The notes under the pieces were generated by a model, which was not told the DNA's origin, searched no databases, and worked only from the letters and a program-made list of their open reading frames with translations. From an uncultured Christensenellaceae bacterium (GTDB lineage: Bacteria > Bacillota > Clostridia > Christensenellales > Pumilibacteraceae), in the NCBI GenBank assembly GCA_910588315.1, contig CAJUQF010000005.1, positions 1 through 48,440 on the forward strand: DNA of 48,440 nucleotides. Direction: 5' to 3'. The stretch's first letter is position 1. The number at the start of each line of letters is the position of its first letter. The position numbers and the translations under genes are program-made. Of the stretch, positions 1-9,793 are shown piece after piece.

Positions 1-6
1 GTTAGT

Positions 7-27
7 ATTGTAGCAAAATGCTACAAT
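7..27. promoter_or_regulatory. Palindromic operator overlapping an extended -10 (TGcTACAAT) upstream of the XRE gene
   Basis: Perfect 9-bp inverted repeat ATTGTAGCA-AAA-TGCTACAAT, 32 nt upstream of the HTH start. Confidence 0.6.
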
Positions 28-59
28 TTTATGCAATATCGACTTAAAAAGGAATAGTT

Positions 60-239
60 ATGAAAGGATTGAAAATACAAAGGATAAAAAAAGATATCAC
101 GCAAGAACAATTGGCGCAATCGACCGGGATATCAGTTAGATGTATAAGATCTTACGAACAGGGAAAAAGGCGACCCAAGCCGGAAACATTGGAACTGCTT
201 GCAAAATATTTCGATTGCTCGGTCCAAGATCTTCTATAA
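60..239 (+). CDS. Small XRE/Cro-family helix-turn-helix regulator (59 aa, not in ORF track)
   Basis: Manual translation MKGLKIQRIKKDITQEQLAQSTGISVRCIRSYEQGKRRPKPETLELLAKYFDCSVQDLL; TQEQLA..GIS..YEQGKRRP..LA..F pattern; AAGGA RBS. Confidence 0.9.
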   Translation: MKGLKIQRIKKDITQEQLAQSTGISVRCIRSYEQGKRRPKPETLELLAKYFDCSVQDLL

Positions 240-731
240 ATTAGGTGTTGCGTGGAGCATGTCTTGTATATTATGCAGGCTTGCAATGTCTTTCCGCCGC
301 AATACTGTATAACATAAATTTAACGCCATCCCAAAAACGTTTTTTCTAATATTTTTTTTATCGAATAATGCTTTACAATCGAAAAAACCGCTAAATCGCG
401 GTTTCTCTCGGAATTTTATTTATTTTTTTGATTTTTACCCGATGAAAACCCCGGTACGACACTGTTTTGCTGCGTCTTTTCGGCTCTTTTGCCACTGATT
501 GCGCTCATAGCAGAATCCGATTCGATGCAGTGATTTGAGTGTATATACAGAAATTTTAAAATATATCGACTTTTCTCCCACTGTATATGTCTTACTTGTA
601 CTTGTTTGTGGCTTAAAACGCCGTTATATTACTTGATGGACTGCGTATCGCTTGGTTTTCAATCCGAACTGTAAACTATTAATTTGTTATACTGCTGCAC
701 AATAAATACGTTTAAATTTACAAGCAAAACT

Positions 732-1232
732 TTATTTATAGCTGTTTATTTCGCGTGCTGCCGTTCTCGATATATCGCGGTCTTTAATTACTTGTTTTTT
801 CTCGTAATTTTTCTTTCCTTTTGCCAAAGCGATCTCTACTTTTACAAATCGTCCTTTAAAATACATTTTCACCGGTACTATGGTGAAGCCTTTTTCCGCG
901 GCTTTATCTGCCAACCGTCGTATTTGCGTTTTGTGCAGCAGCAACCTTCTCGACCGACGCGGATCGGGCGCAAACGCTCCTACGTTAGCATACGGGCTTA
1001 TTTGACAATTTTTCAATTCCAGCCCGCCGTTTTCCATATGACAAAAACTGTCTCTGAGCGAAACGTCGCCGTTTTTGACAGACTTTACTTCGGATCCTTC
1101 AAGCGATATCCCCGCCTCGAATGTCTCGACAAAGAAATAATCAAAGACAGCCTTTTTGTTTACCGCGACAGTCTTATTTGTTTGTTTAGGCGCCGAATTT
1201 TTTTTGTTTTTTCTTTCAATTTTATTTTTCAT
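732..1232 (-). CDS. smpB: SsrA-binding protein
   Basis: NKKA.FDYF..FEAGI.L.GSEVKS, R.RRLLLHK, AKGKK.YEKK motifs. Confidence 0.97.
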   Translation of the reverse strand: MKNKIERKNKKNSAPKQTNKTVAVNKKAVFDYFFVETFEAGISLEGSEVKSVKNGDVSLRDSFCHMENGGLELKNCQISPYANVGAFAPDPRRSRRLLLHKTQIRRLADKAAEKGFTIVPVKMYFKGRFVKVEIALAKGKKNYEKKQVIKDRDISRTAAREINSYK

Positions 1233-1234
1233 GA

Positions 1235-2569
1235 TTATTTACCTACACAAAATCGTTCAAACACGGCGGAGATCACATTTTCGTCGGCTTTTTCTCCGTA
1301 TAATTCCTCTATTGCCGAATACGCTTCGTATAACAATGCCGCAACGATCTCCAAGCTCTCTTTCTTCTCCGATTCTTTTTTTGCGGCATAAAGACTGTCG
1401 AGACACTTAATTACACAGCCGTATTGTCTGTGATTGCATATCGCACCATGGTCTTTGGGGCATATATCGTATAATTTTTGCTTAAGCGCCGTAATATTTA
1501 TGCCGGATTTTGCGCTTATTTCGAGTTTTCCGTCGCTTTCTGCTTTTTTATATTCGATTCCGACGTCCGTTTTTTCATCGCATTTATTGATTATTTCTAT
1601 TTTCTTCGCCATTATTTCCAATTTCGGGATAATTTTCTCTTTTTCGGTCTTTACTATTATTACCGCATCGGCATCGTTTGCCGCTTTCATGGCGCGCTCG
1701 ATACCGATCTTTTCCACGACATCGTCGGTATTACTGTTCAATCCTGCCGTATCGGTGACTATAAACTTTTTTCCGTTATAAATATAAAACCCTTCTACGG
1801 TATCGCGCGTCGTGCCTGCGATAGGTGTCACTATTGCTCTGTCGCTTTCCGTCAAAGCGTTTAAAAGTGTGGATTTTCCTACGTTCGGCTCGCCTATAAG
1901 CGCTACTTTGAAACCGTCGTTAATTATTTTTCCGCCGGCAAATCCGTTTTCTTCGTGTTTCAATACCGTAATTGCTTTGTCTATAGCCGTTTCCACGTCT
2001 TCTATCAATCCGATTTCTATCTCGTTTTCTTCAAGCTCGTCGCTGTAATGCAATACGGCTTCGACTGTACTCAGTGCTTTCTTTAGCAGTTCTTCCGCTT
2101 TTCCGAGCTCTCCGAACCCGCCGTCATACCGTTTGTTTCCATAAATCAGCTGTTCCGAAGTCTGTGCATCTATTATATCCGCAAGCGCTTCGCATTGCAT
2201 TAGATCGAGTTTTCCGTTTATAAATGCCCTGCTCGTAAATTCTCCGCGTTCTGCCAGTCTTGCTCCGCCGCTTATCAACGTTTTTATAATTCCGTCGCAA
2301 ATTGTCATGTTCCCATGCGGATATAATTCTACCGAATCTTCTCCGGTAAACGAATGTGGCGCTTTAAACCCGACCGCAAGCAAATTTTCTTTGAAATTGT
2401 TTGCAAAGAACGTTCGATAACACATTTTTCCGATTTTTACCGAACGCGACAGAAAACCGTCGACTAATTCTATACTTCCTTTGCCGCTTACCCTGATTAT
2501 CGCCACTGCCGACTTTCCGTAAGGAGTCGCCAGCGCTACTATTATTCCTTTTTGTTCATTATTGTTCAT
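1235..2569 (-). CDS. mnmE: tRNA modification GTPase MnmE
   Basis: [47 protein letters not shown]-terminal FCVGK. Confidence 0.97.
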   Translation of the reverse strand: MNNNEQKGIIVALATPYGKSAVAIIRVSGKGSIELVDGFLSRSVKIGKMCYRTFFANNFKENLLAVGFKAPHSFTGEDSVELYPHGNMTICDGIIKTLISGGARLAERGEFTSRAFINGKLDLMQCEALADIIDAQTSEQLIYGNKRYDGGFGELGKAEELLKKALSTVEAVLHYSDELEENEIEIGLIEDVETAIDKAITVLKHEENGFAGGKIINDGFKVALIGEPNVGKSTLLNALTESDRAIVTPIAGTTRDTVEGFYIYNGKKFIVTDTAGLNSNTDDVVEKIGIERAMKAANDADAVIIVKTEKEKIIPKLEIMAKKIEIINKCDEKTDVGIEYKKAESDGKLEISAKSGINITALKQKLYDICPKDHGAICNHRQYGCVIKCLDSLYAAKKESEKKESLEIVAALLYEAYSAIEELYGEKADENVISAVFERFCVGK

Positions 2570-2823
2570 AAGTTATCTACGTTATGTCTATAAATTTTTA
2601 TTTTTTTGATACTTCTTTGGTTGTCATTCATCTCCGCGCGTTTTTATACACTTTTTTCTACATAGATATTAAATTTCAATGCACTTTTTTGTTCTTTTCC
2701 AAACACTAATTGTATCCACTTATGCGGTCTTTTTACACCATATATTGTATAAAATTTAGTTTTGAACATTTTTACACATCTTACTATATATATCTACTAT
2801 AAAAATTATATATAAACACAACA
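2570..2823. other. Candidate replication origin (oriC): degenerate DnaA boxes, DnaA-trio-like tract and AT-rich unwinding element
   Basis: TTATCTACG 2573, TTATACACT 2644, GTATCCACT 2712, TTTTACACC 2731, TTTTACACA 2770, then TCTTACTATATATATCTACTATAAAAATTATATAT; parS cluster 4 kb away. Confidence 0.5.
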
Positions 2824-3465
2824 CTAAGACTTGATAAAAACGAATAATCGTCGTTTGATGTCTGTTCCAGGTAATGTGTAATCAAATGCATTTTGAGTTT
2901 TTATTTCAAATCGGACTAGGATCTCGTTATTTACCTGTTCGTCGTTTTGAGTTTTAAATAGAACTATTTTTCCACCTTGTTTTGTAAGAGGTGCGCAATA
3001 TTTAAGCGTTTTACCGAGGTCGGCTACTGCGCGGGCTGTCACTGTGTCGTAACTATTTCCGCGAGATATCAATTCTTCGGCGCGAGAATGAATAGGAAAG
3101 ATGTTGGAAAGCTTGAGTTCGGAGTTGGCGCGTTTAATGAGCGTAAGCTTTTTACCGACGCTTTCGACTGCGTCGAAGTGTTTTCCAGTCACGATCGACA
3201 GCGGTAAACTCGGAAATCCGCCGCCGCATCCGACGTCGCAGCAGGTCCCGGAGAAATATTCGTAAGGATAAATGCTGTCGAGATAGTGTTTGATGTAAAT
3301 ATCATCGATTTGCCGGATCGCCGATATGTTTATGCAAGAGTTTACTTCATTATATAACTCAGTGAGAGCGTCGAACTTATCTATTGTCGTGTTATCGCCG
3401 AAACGATCTTTCAAAAATGATATGAGTATTTCCCGACCGAGCGAGTTTTGTATGGAAAAAGACAT
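2824..3465 (-). CDS. rsmG: 16S rRNA m7G527 methyltransferase RsmG (GidB)
   Basis: NISAI, KHYLDS, DVGCGGGFP, RAEE, TARAVA motifs. Confidence 0.95.
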   Translation of the reverse strand: MSFSIQNSLGREILISFLKDRFGDNTTIDKFDALTELYNEVNSCINISAIRQIDDIYIKHYLDSIYPYEYFSGTCCDVGCGGGFPSLPLSIVTGKHFDAVESVGKKLTLIKRANSELKLSNIFPIHSRAEELISRGNSYDTVTARAVADLGKTLKYCAPLTKQGGKIVLFKTQNDEQVNNEILVRFEIKTQNAFDYTLPGTDIKRRLFVFIKS

Positions 3466-3500
3466 TTTGTCTCCAAAAATTATTATATAATTATAAATCT

Positions 3501-4130
3501 TTATAAGATCGCAAGTATCTTCGATGTGATTCTGCTTTTATTCAAAGCGCCGTAGTATCGGCTGTCGCGTGAGTTGTTGCGATTATCGCCTAAAACGTAT
3601 ACGCAGTTTTCCGGAACAGTAATCGTATAATTTGCAATGGAATGATCGAGAGCGGGAATTTCGGTTATTAAATCGTTATATTTTAATATAAAAATTTTGT
3701 CGTAAACGCCTGCTTTTTTTAACATACGTTCTTTTATATAAGGTTCTTTTATCGGTTCGAAACTATTTTTTCCGGCTTTGCAAATATATAGATCGACATA
3801 AATACCGTTTTCGGATTCCATAAAGATCAATCGGTCGCCGTCTGTAGCAACGACACGTTTGATGATTATATGTTCGGTACTTGTATTGGATGTGTTTACG
3901 GTAATAATATCGCCGCGCTCGACTGAAAAACTTCTGCGCTGCACAAGACAGTAATGTTTGTCGTAAATAGTATTTTCCATGCTATCCCCTATTATCGGGA
4001 CGAAAGCAAAGAAGAAAAAGAAAGTGACAAACGCGATCAAAAGAAATATTACGGTATATAAGGAGGGCGAAATAAATGAACTTTCTTTTGGTTTAAGTAA
4101 ATTTTCACCCGAAGAAATATCGTTTGTCAT
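3501..4130 (-). CDS. lepB: Signal peptidase I
   Basis: N-terminal TM helix, GDSMENT (catalytic Ser), IKRVVA (Lys), GDNRNNSRDSR. Confidence 0.93.
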   Translation of the reverse strand: MTNDISSGENLLKPKESSFISPSLYTVIFLLIAFVTFFFFFAFVPIIGDSMENTIYDKHYCLVQRRSFSVERGDIITVNTSNTSTEHIIIKRVVATDGDRLIFMESENGIYVDLYICKAGKNSFEPIKEPYIKERMLKKAGVYDKIFILKYNDLITEIPALDHSIANYTITVPENCVYVLGDNRNNSRDSRYYGALNKSRITSKILAIL

Positions 4131-4136
4131 TTGTTT

Positions 4137-5723
4137 CTATACCCACAAAACGGAACCGACGATAAGTTGTTCTTGCGAAGAAATCTCCAACAAAAGAATT
4201 TCGGACCAATCGGCAAGAGTACCGTTAGTACCTTTGAAATTAATAGGAGAAAGAGAGAATTTATGCCAGTCGTCGGAATTTGTCAGAGTGAGACCGCAGT
4301 TGTAAGAATTTTTTCCGTCGTTTACCGAAATTGTAATCTGTTGCGGATTTCCGCACAACATAAGTTGCAAAAGAGTATCGGCAGAAACTTTAAACAACGG
4401 ATCGCCAGGCTTAAATGTTATGATTGTATTATCATCGCTTGTAACGCCTTCGATATCGTATGGTCCGGTAACAAGCTTTATGGATCCGCCTTTTCTTGTA
4501 GTCCAACCGTCTACGCCCATACTGCTATCGTAAATTTTTCTGTGACTGACGCCTACACGAGCCTTGACGCCGAGATTTTTTGGAATTATTCCGAGCACCG
4601 TCGAAGATTTTACGTTTCCGTCAGAGTATACAAGATTTGCGAAAGCATGGATCGGTTTATCACCCTGACAGACGTTTATATTGGCAATGTATTTATCTTT
4701 TCCCAAACTTATTGTGGGTAAGCACATCCAATTTCTGTAAGGAGCTTTCTCTATACAAAATGATACAAACAGCTTTAACTGTGCATCTATTTCCAAGTCC
4801 GCAGTGTTTTCCGGACGATGAATATCTATATTAAAATATAAACTTCCGTCCGAATTGGAGGCGGTTATTTCCGGCCACGGCATGACAAGATCGGACGATA
4901 TGCAATCCGAGAAAAAGCGATCAAGCTCGCTTAAAACGGAAAAAATACCGGAAGCAAAAGCACGCTCCACTATTCTGAACCGTCTTATCGATTCGGTATT
5001 TGCGACAAGTTCCGACATATTATCCAAAGAACCGTCACCGTCGTTTGAGGCAACCGCCATAAACAAAGGAATTTGCGTGATCGGAGCGTAAGCACTGTTA
5101 TCAAGAGAAGCATGATAATTGATAATAGCATTTCCCTCGCCGCTTACGTTCGGTATTACGTTTAAAAGAGTGGCACACGCAGTCAGTCCGTCGTCGAAAG
5201 CAGAAAGTTTATATACTGTACTGCCGCCAAGTCCGATGCCGAGCGCGAATAATTTGTCGTTAGGATATAGAGTTTCTATAAATTTGACCGCACGGCGCGA
5301 TATGCAAGTCCATATATACCAATTACTGAGCTTGTCGTTGTTCTCTATGGAAAACGATGTTTCGCCGCGTAAATTACAGTAAGAAAGAGACTGCGGGTAA
5401 AACGTGTAGTGCGCGGCGGATTGAGAAAAACCCAAATAATCGAGTGCGGCGACTGTGTAACCGAGATCGAAAATCTTTTTAACGATTTTGTCATCAACGC
5501 TGCCGTCCGAACCGCAAAGATAAAGGACCGTTCCGCGGTGGTCGGGATTTTCCGAAATCTTGATATAAGCGCGTACTCTGCCGTCAACGGTAGTATAACC
5601 GTCGAAATAATATTCTTTGACGGTTATTTCGTTTTCGGATTTTTGAGAAAGAGCGGACGCATTAAAAGGCAAAGCCGTAACATCATAGTCTTTCCATAGA
5701 GTTATAGGGCTGGTGATATCCAA
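4137..5723 (-). CDS. Alpha/beta-hydrolase-fold protein (possibly catalytically degenerate) with C-terminal beta-rich domain; probable TTG start at 5723
   Basis: LGY.VAALDY.G and ALGIGLGG (GxSxGG position with Gly instead of Ser); GGGAG RBS before TTG; TTGACA-17-TATAAT lies inside the longer ORF's 5' end. Confidence 0.6.
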   Translation of the reverse strand: MDITSPITLWKDYDVTALPFNASALSQKSENEITVKEYYFDGYTTVDGRVRAYIKISENPDHRGTVLYLCGSDGSVDDKIVKKIFDLGYTVAALDYLGFSQSAAHYTFYPQSLSYCNLRGETSFSIENNDKLSNWYIWTCISRRAVKFIETLYPNDKLFALGIGLGGSTVYKLSAFDDGLTACATLLNVIPNVSGEGNAIINYHASLDNSAYAPITQIPLFMAVASNDGDGSLDNMSELVANTESIRRFRIVERAFASGIFSVLSELDRFFSDCISSDLVMPWPEITASNSDGSLYFNIDIHRPENTADLEIDAQLKLFVSFCIEKAPYRNWMCLPTISLGKDKYIANINVCQGDKPIHAFANLVYSDGNVKSSTVLGIIPKNLGVKARVGVSHRKIYDSSMGVDGWTTRKGGSIKLVTGPYDIEGVTSDDNTIITFKPGDPLFKVSADTLLQLMLCGNPQQITISVNDGKNSYNCGLTLTNSDDWHKFSLSPINFKGTNGTLADWSEILLLEISSQEQLIVGSVLWV

Positions 5724-5890
5724 GAAGATCTCCCGATTTGCTGATTTCCAAGTATTATATACCAATTTAAATATTTTGTCAAGTGTAAGGATATAAAAAA
5801 GATATGCCGGCAAACACGATGCAGGCTCATTAAAAAAAAGAATATTTGCCGTAAAATTGAGTTTACCGATAGTTCGACGGTCGGTAACGC

Positions 5891-5919
5891 TTGACTTTTT
5901 GAGTCGCGCCGTTTATAAT
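5891..5919 (+). promoter_or_regulatory. sigma-A promoter of parB
   Basis: TTGACT-17 nt-TATAAT. Confidence 0.75.
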
Positions 5920-5944
5920 AGAAAAAAACAAACGGAGTGATAAA

Positions 5945-6823
5945 ATGGCACCTATCAGAAAAGGCGGTCTGGGCAGAGGTCTCGGCGCGTTACTCAGCGA
6001 TATCGAAGAAGAATCGGTAATAAATACGGTCGACTCGTCGGAATTGTTACTTTCCGAAATAGAACCGAATGTAGACCAGCCGCGCAAACAGTTTGACGAC
6101 GAAGCGCTTGCCGCGTTAATAGAAAGCATTAAAACGCACGGCGTTATTACGCCTTTGATAGTGACGCCTAAATCGGACGGAAAATATATGATCATTGCCG
6201 GCGAAAGGCGGTACAGAGCCGCGACCGCCGCAGGACTTGTGTCTGTGCCGGCCTGCATTCGCGAATGTACGCAAGTACAGATAGATGAGCTGTCTTTGAT
6301 AGAGAACATACAGCGTGAAGATCTGAACCCGATGGAAGTTGCGCGCGCAATAAAAAAGCTCATGGACGATTACGGCTATACGCAGGAAGAAGCCGCAGAG
6401 CGTATAGGAAAAGCCCGCCCTACCGTTGCAAACTTGCTGCGTCTGATGGATCTGTCGGAGGCTGTGCAAAAAATGGTGGAAAGCGGACACTTGTCCGCAG
6501 GACATGCTCGGTGCTTGGTAGTTGTTGCGGATGAAAAACTGCAATGGGAACTCGCGCAAAAAGCTCGCGATGATAAAATGAGTGTTAGAGATTTCGAAAA
6601 ACTCGTTAAAAACACTATAAATCCCAAGAAAAAGACTGAGCCGCAATCCCAAAGTTTGGAGCTTAAGGATATGATCGTCAGAATGCAGCGAACACTCGGC
6701 ACCAAAGTATCCCTGCTCGGCAATGACAGAAAAGGAAGAATATTTATCGATTACTATACCCCGGACGACCTGGCGCGAATCGAAAATATGCTTGCATACC
6801 TCGAAGAACACTATAAAACCTGA
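5945..6823 (+). CDS. parB: Chromosome partitioning protein ParB/Spo0J
   Basis: GLGRGLGALL, QPRK.F, IIAGERRYRA, ENIQREDLNPME, HTH, GHARCL. Confidence 0.97.
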   Translation: MAPIRKGGLGRGLGALLSDIEEESVINTVDSSELLLSEIEPNVDQPRKQFDDEALAALIESIKTHGVITPLIVTPKSDGKYMIIAGERRYRAATAAGLVSVPACIRECTQVQIDELSLIENIQREDLNPMEVARAIKKLMDDYGYTQEEAAERIGKARPTVANLLRLMDLSEAVQKMVESGHLSAGHARCLVVVADEKLQWELAQKARDDKMSVRDFEKLVKNTINPKKKTEPQSQSLELKDMIVRMQRTLGTKVSLLGNDRKGRIFIDYYTPDDLARIENMLAYLEEHYKT

Positions 6824-6914
6824 TGTTCCACGTGAAACAAATCGATCGACTCGGAGAAAATGTTCCACGTGAAACATAACAGAGACTAAAAAGAAAAATG
6901 TTCCACGTGAAACA
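6824..6914. promoter_or_regulatory. Three parS centromere sites
   Basis: TGTTCCACGTGAAACA at 6824-6839, 6861-6876 and 6899-6914; matches the Firmicute parS consensus TGTTNCACGTGAAACA. Confidence 0.95.
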
Positions 6915-6916
6915 AA

Positions 6917-6945
6917 AAAGAACGCCGAAATAAACGGCGTTCTTT
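6917..6945. terminator. Bidirectional intrinsic terminator between convergent genes
   Basis: AAAGAACGCCG-aaataaa-CGGCGTTCTTT. Confidence 0.8.
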
Positions 6946-6956
6946 CTATTTGAGAG

Positions 6957-8213
6957 TTATTGTTTCTTTCTGCCGACGTCGATATTGTCCTCGCGGCGAT
7001 TCCTGAGAGCTTTTACGGGGTGTTCCGCCACCGTAAAGCGGTAATCTTCGCCGAATTCCGTAATATAGTTGTCGATAACTTTATGGCTTGCAACCGCAGA
7101 CGGGACTTTATTGACGGTTTGATTATATTTAAAGTATTCGTAATCATCGGGCACATTGGTGATATCCGTATATTCTTCGAGAATCGAAGTGTTGTTAACG
7201 GTATTCTTCAAGATATTGCGAATATAGTGCTTGTTTTTTTCGCAGTTTTCGTTAAAAGCGAGAAGAGTAGGAAATTCGGCGTCCGGAATAACCTGCGCCC
7301 ATTCCTTTCCTTCGTACTTTTTGAGAAGATCGGCGGCGTAATGAAGATGAGCGAGTTCTTGCTCGAAGTGCAGCGTCCATATCTTTTTCGCGGCTTGGTC
7401 GGTTTCTTCGTTCATCGCGGAGTAATACAGATAACATTCGCAGTATTCGTGCATCAAAAGACATTCGAGCCAGGTTGTAGTAGGATCCATAAGGGATTCG
7501 TATTGAGTGACGTGCTGTTCTTCTATCATGCCGATTTCGAGAAAAAGCTTGCGGCCTATATCGGACGACGGATAGAACGTGCCGAGATTCATATAAAAAT
7601 TCATTGTTTGCTGCTCGGCGGCGGTGATAATCATAGTGTGGAGCTTTGTCGATACGGGCGCGGCGGGAGTGACCGGACGGCGCACGTCGTCAAACGGATG
7701 TCTGTGTTCCGAGATAGTCGGACGACCCGGCATTATCTCGGTATAGCTGCCGACAAGTTTTTCGCCGTGTATACCCTGTTCCATTTCCAAAAGATCGCTG
7801 AAACGGTAGAGATGATCGAAATCTTCGAGCAAAGCAAAATCGAGCGCGGCTTTTACATATTTGTTTTTTTCTATTTGTGCGAGTGTGGCTGTGAGATCGA
7901 CGGCAAGTTGCTCGTACGAAATCGTCGTTTCGAGTACGGTTTCGTCTTTGGGCTTGAAAAACGAAATGCGTTTTTGCTGCTGCTGTTCGAGTCTGCGAAG
8001 ATACGCGACGTCTCGGCGTAAATTATTGTCCGCGGTGTGGCGCGCGAGCTGGTGCATAAACCAGGATTCTTCGAATTCCGCGCCGTTCAGTAATATAGTG
8101 CGAACTTTAGTATAGGCGTCGGTTTCGTTTTTGTTGTAGGCGATGGGATAAAGTTTTCGCCAATCGTTCAGACATTTTTCTATTTTGTATGGTTTTTCGT
8201 TAAAAGGATTCAT
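6957..8213 (-). CDS. Ferritin-like/Mn-catalase-like protein with tandem four-helix-bundle domains, probably sporulation-associated
   Basis: Repeated ExxH metal motifs (EDFDH, IEEQH, QELAH); GGAGG RBS; sigF-like promoter. Confidence 0.7.
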   Translation of the reverse strand: MNPFNEKPYKIEKCLNDWRKLYPIAYNKNETDAYTKVRTILLNGAEFEESWFMHQLARHTADNNLRRDVAYLRRLEQQQQKRISFFKPKDETVLETTISYEQLAVDLTATLAQIEKNKYVKAALDFALLEDFDHLYRFSDLLEMEQGIHGEKLVGSYTEIMPGRPTISEHRHPFDDVRRPVTPAAPVSTKLHTMIITAAEQQTMNFYMNLGTFYPSSDIGRKLFLEIGMIEEQHVTQYESLMDPTTTWLECLLMHEYCECYLYYSAMNEETDQAAKKIWTLHFEQELAHLHYAADLLKKYEGKEWAQVIPDAEFPTLLAFNENCEKNKHYIRNILKNTVNNTSILEEYTDITNVPDDYEYFKYNQTVNKVPSAVASHKVIDNYITEFGEDYRFTVAEHPVKALRNRREDNIDVGRKKQ

Positions 8214-8232
8214 ATTTAACCTCCGTAAAAGC

Positions 8233-8262
8233 GATTATCGCCCGTTACGGTCAATTTTAAAC
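8233..8262 (-). promoter_or_regulatory. sigma-F-type promoter
   Basis: Minus strand GTTTA-15 nt-GGCGATAATC fits the sigF consensus GYWTA-15-GGnnAnAHT. Confidence 0.55.
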
Positions 8263-8344
8263 ACGTCGAAATTTTATATCCGAATTTTATAATTATCCAT
8301 AAAAACAGTGGCATTTTTTGTTGTACGGTGATACAATATATCTT

Positions 8345-9793
8345 ATGAAACCGTTGCATCGAAAAAAGGCAATATCTTTGTATGAGACGCGGCTACGCCC
8401 TATGTTTGTAGTGACTACGATCGTCTGTTATTTGTTTGCCGCAATAATTTGGTATGCATTGGCGGCAATGACTCCGTATGCGATCATTGCCGAGGTTTCG
8501 CCGGAACAAAACAAATCGATAACTCGTGCGGCGTTTACGGCGACACGCGAACAGATCGATGCCGACGAGAATGTCAAAGAACGAGCATTATTGATGCCGA
8601 CGAGCGAGCAATCGTTTTGCCGTCGGCTTAAATTGGTCGAAGACGCAAAGGCGACTATAGACCATATGGTATTCGATAATTACGAAGGGAAGTTTACGGA
8701 GTATTATTACACGGCGTTGATCCGTGCCGCCGACCGCGGAGTGCGCGTAAGAATACTTGTAGACGGCAAACTTGGCAAGCTGAGCGGAGAATTGACAAAT
8801 CTCGGCAATATAATACAAAATCATAACAATATCGAGCTTTATTATTTTAACACATTTAATTTTTGGAATCCGTCTGCGTTAATGACGTTGATGCATGATA
8901 AGGTATTGATAGTCGACGGCAGTAAGATGATAGTCGGCGGAGTCAATATGGGGACCGGCGCATACTTAAGTAATTTCGATATGGAAGTTATGATAACAAA
9001 CAGCGGGGAAAACGGCAGTGTCGGGCAGGCGTCCGAGTATTATGAACAAATGCTATCGAGCGGCTGCGTCGAGCGATACAAATCGAAAAGGCGCGATCAT
9101 TCCTCTAAAAAGCATTATCTCGAGCAATACGAACAATATTATTTCGCCTGTGAATTTTCCGATTCGGACATCGATTATGAAAAACAGGGTATTGCGGCGG
9201 ACAAGATCACCTTTCTTACCAATCCGATTTCCAAAAAGAAGAAGTCGCCGATCATTTTGCAGGCTATGTATAACCTTATGGACGGCGCCGAAGAATCCAT
9301 TATCGTAACGCCGTATACCCTATTGCAAGGCGAAAAAAAATCCAAACTGCGTAGTTTAGCGGAAAAAAACGAAAAATTTCTGCTTATAACAAATTCTTTA
9401 TATAATACGCGAAACGTGGCATATGCCGATTATTATTATAATCGCGATGACTATCTTACCGACTCAATCACATTGCTTGAGTTTCAACAGAAAAATCAAT
9501 TACATGCGAAACTGTTTTCTTTTGATAAGAGATACAGCGTGATCGGCTCGTTTAATATGGACGAACGCAGTGCGCATATAGATACCGAAAGCGTGGTAAT
9601 AATAGATTCGCCGGAATTTAATACCGTGCTAAACGAGTATATCGAGCGAACTTTTATACGCGACAGCCTTCGCGTCGGGAAAAATAACGAGTATATCCAT
9701 GACGATAATATCGTCCCGCAACCGGTACCGTCATCGAAGAAAACCAAATATGCGTTTCTCAGCGTTCTCGGTCTTGTTCGCTATTTAATCTGA
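8345..9793 (+). CDS. Phospholipase D family protein (cardiolipin synthase ClsC-like)
   Basis: Two HKD motifs (HDKVLIVD, HAKLFSFD), AADRGVRVRILVD, GSFNMDERS; N-terminal TM helix; ATG at 8345. Confidence 0.88.
   Translation: MKPLHRKKAISLYETRLRPMFVVTTIVCYLFAAIIWYALAAMTPYAIIAEVSPEQNKSITRAAFTATREQIDADENVKERALLMPTSEQSFCRRLKLVEDAKATIDHMVFDNYEGKFTEYYYTALIRAADRGVRVRILVDGKLGKLSGELTNLGNIIQNHNNIELYYFNTFNFWNPSALMTLMHDKVLIVDGSKMIVGGVNMGTGAYLSNFDMEVMITNSGENGSVGQASEYYEQMLSSGCVERYKSKRRDHSSKKHYLEQYEQYYFACEFSDSDIDYEKQGIAADKITFLTNPISKKKKSPIILQAMYNLMDGAEESIIVTPYTLLQGEKKSKLRSLAEKNEKFLLITNSLYNTRNVAYADYYYNRDDYLTDSITLLEFQQKNQLHAKLFSFDKRYSVIGSFNMDERSAHIDTESVVIIDSPEFNTVLNEYIERTFIRDSLRVGKNNEYIHDDNIVPQPVPSSKKTKYAFLSVLGLVRYLI

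Noticed and set aside
240..731. tmRNA (ssrA) next to smpB
   Set aside because: No GGGG..GGxTTCGAC 5' end, tag reading frame or tRNA-like CCA end recognisable on either strand.
684..1391. 235-aa plus-strand ORF
   Set aside because: Antisense to smpB and mnmE; no independent support.
6824..6914. Mini CRISPR array
   Set aside because: The 16-bp repeats are exact parS sites beside parB; spacers are only 21-22 bp and there are no cas genes.
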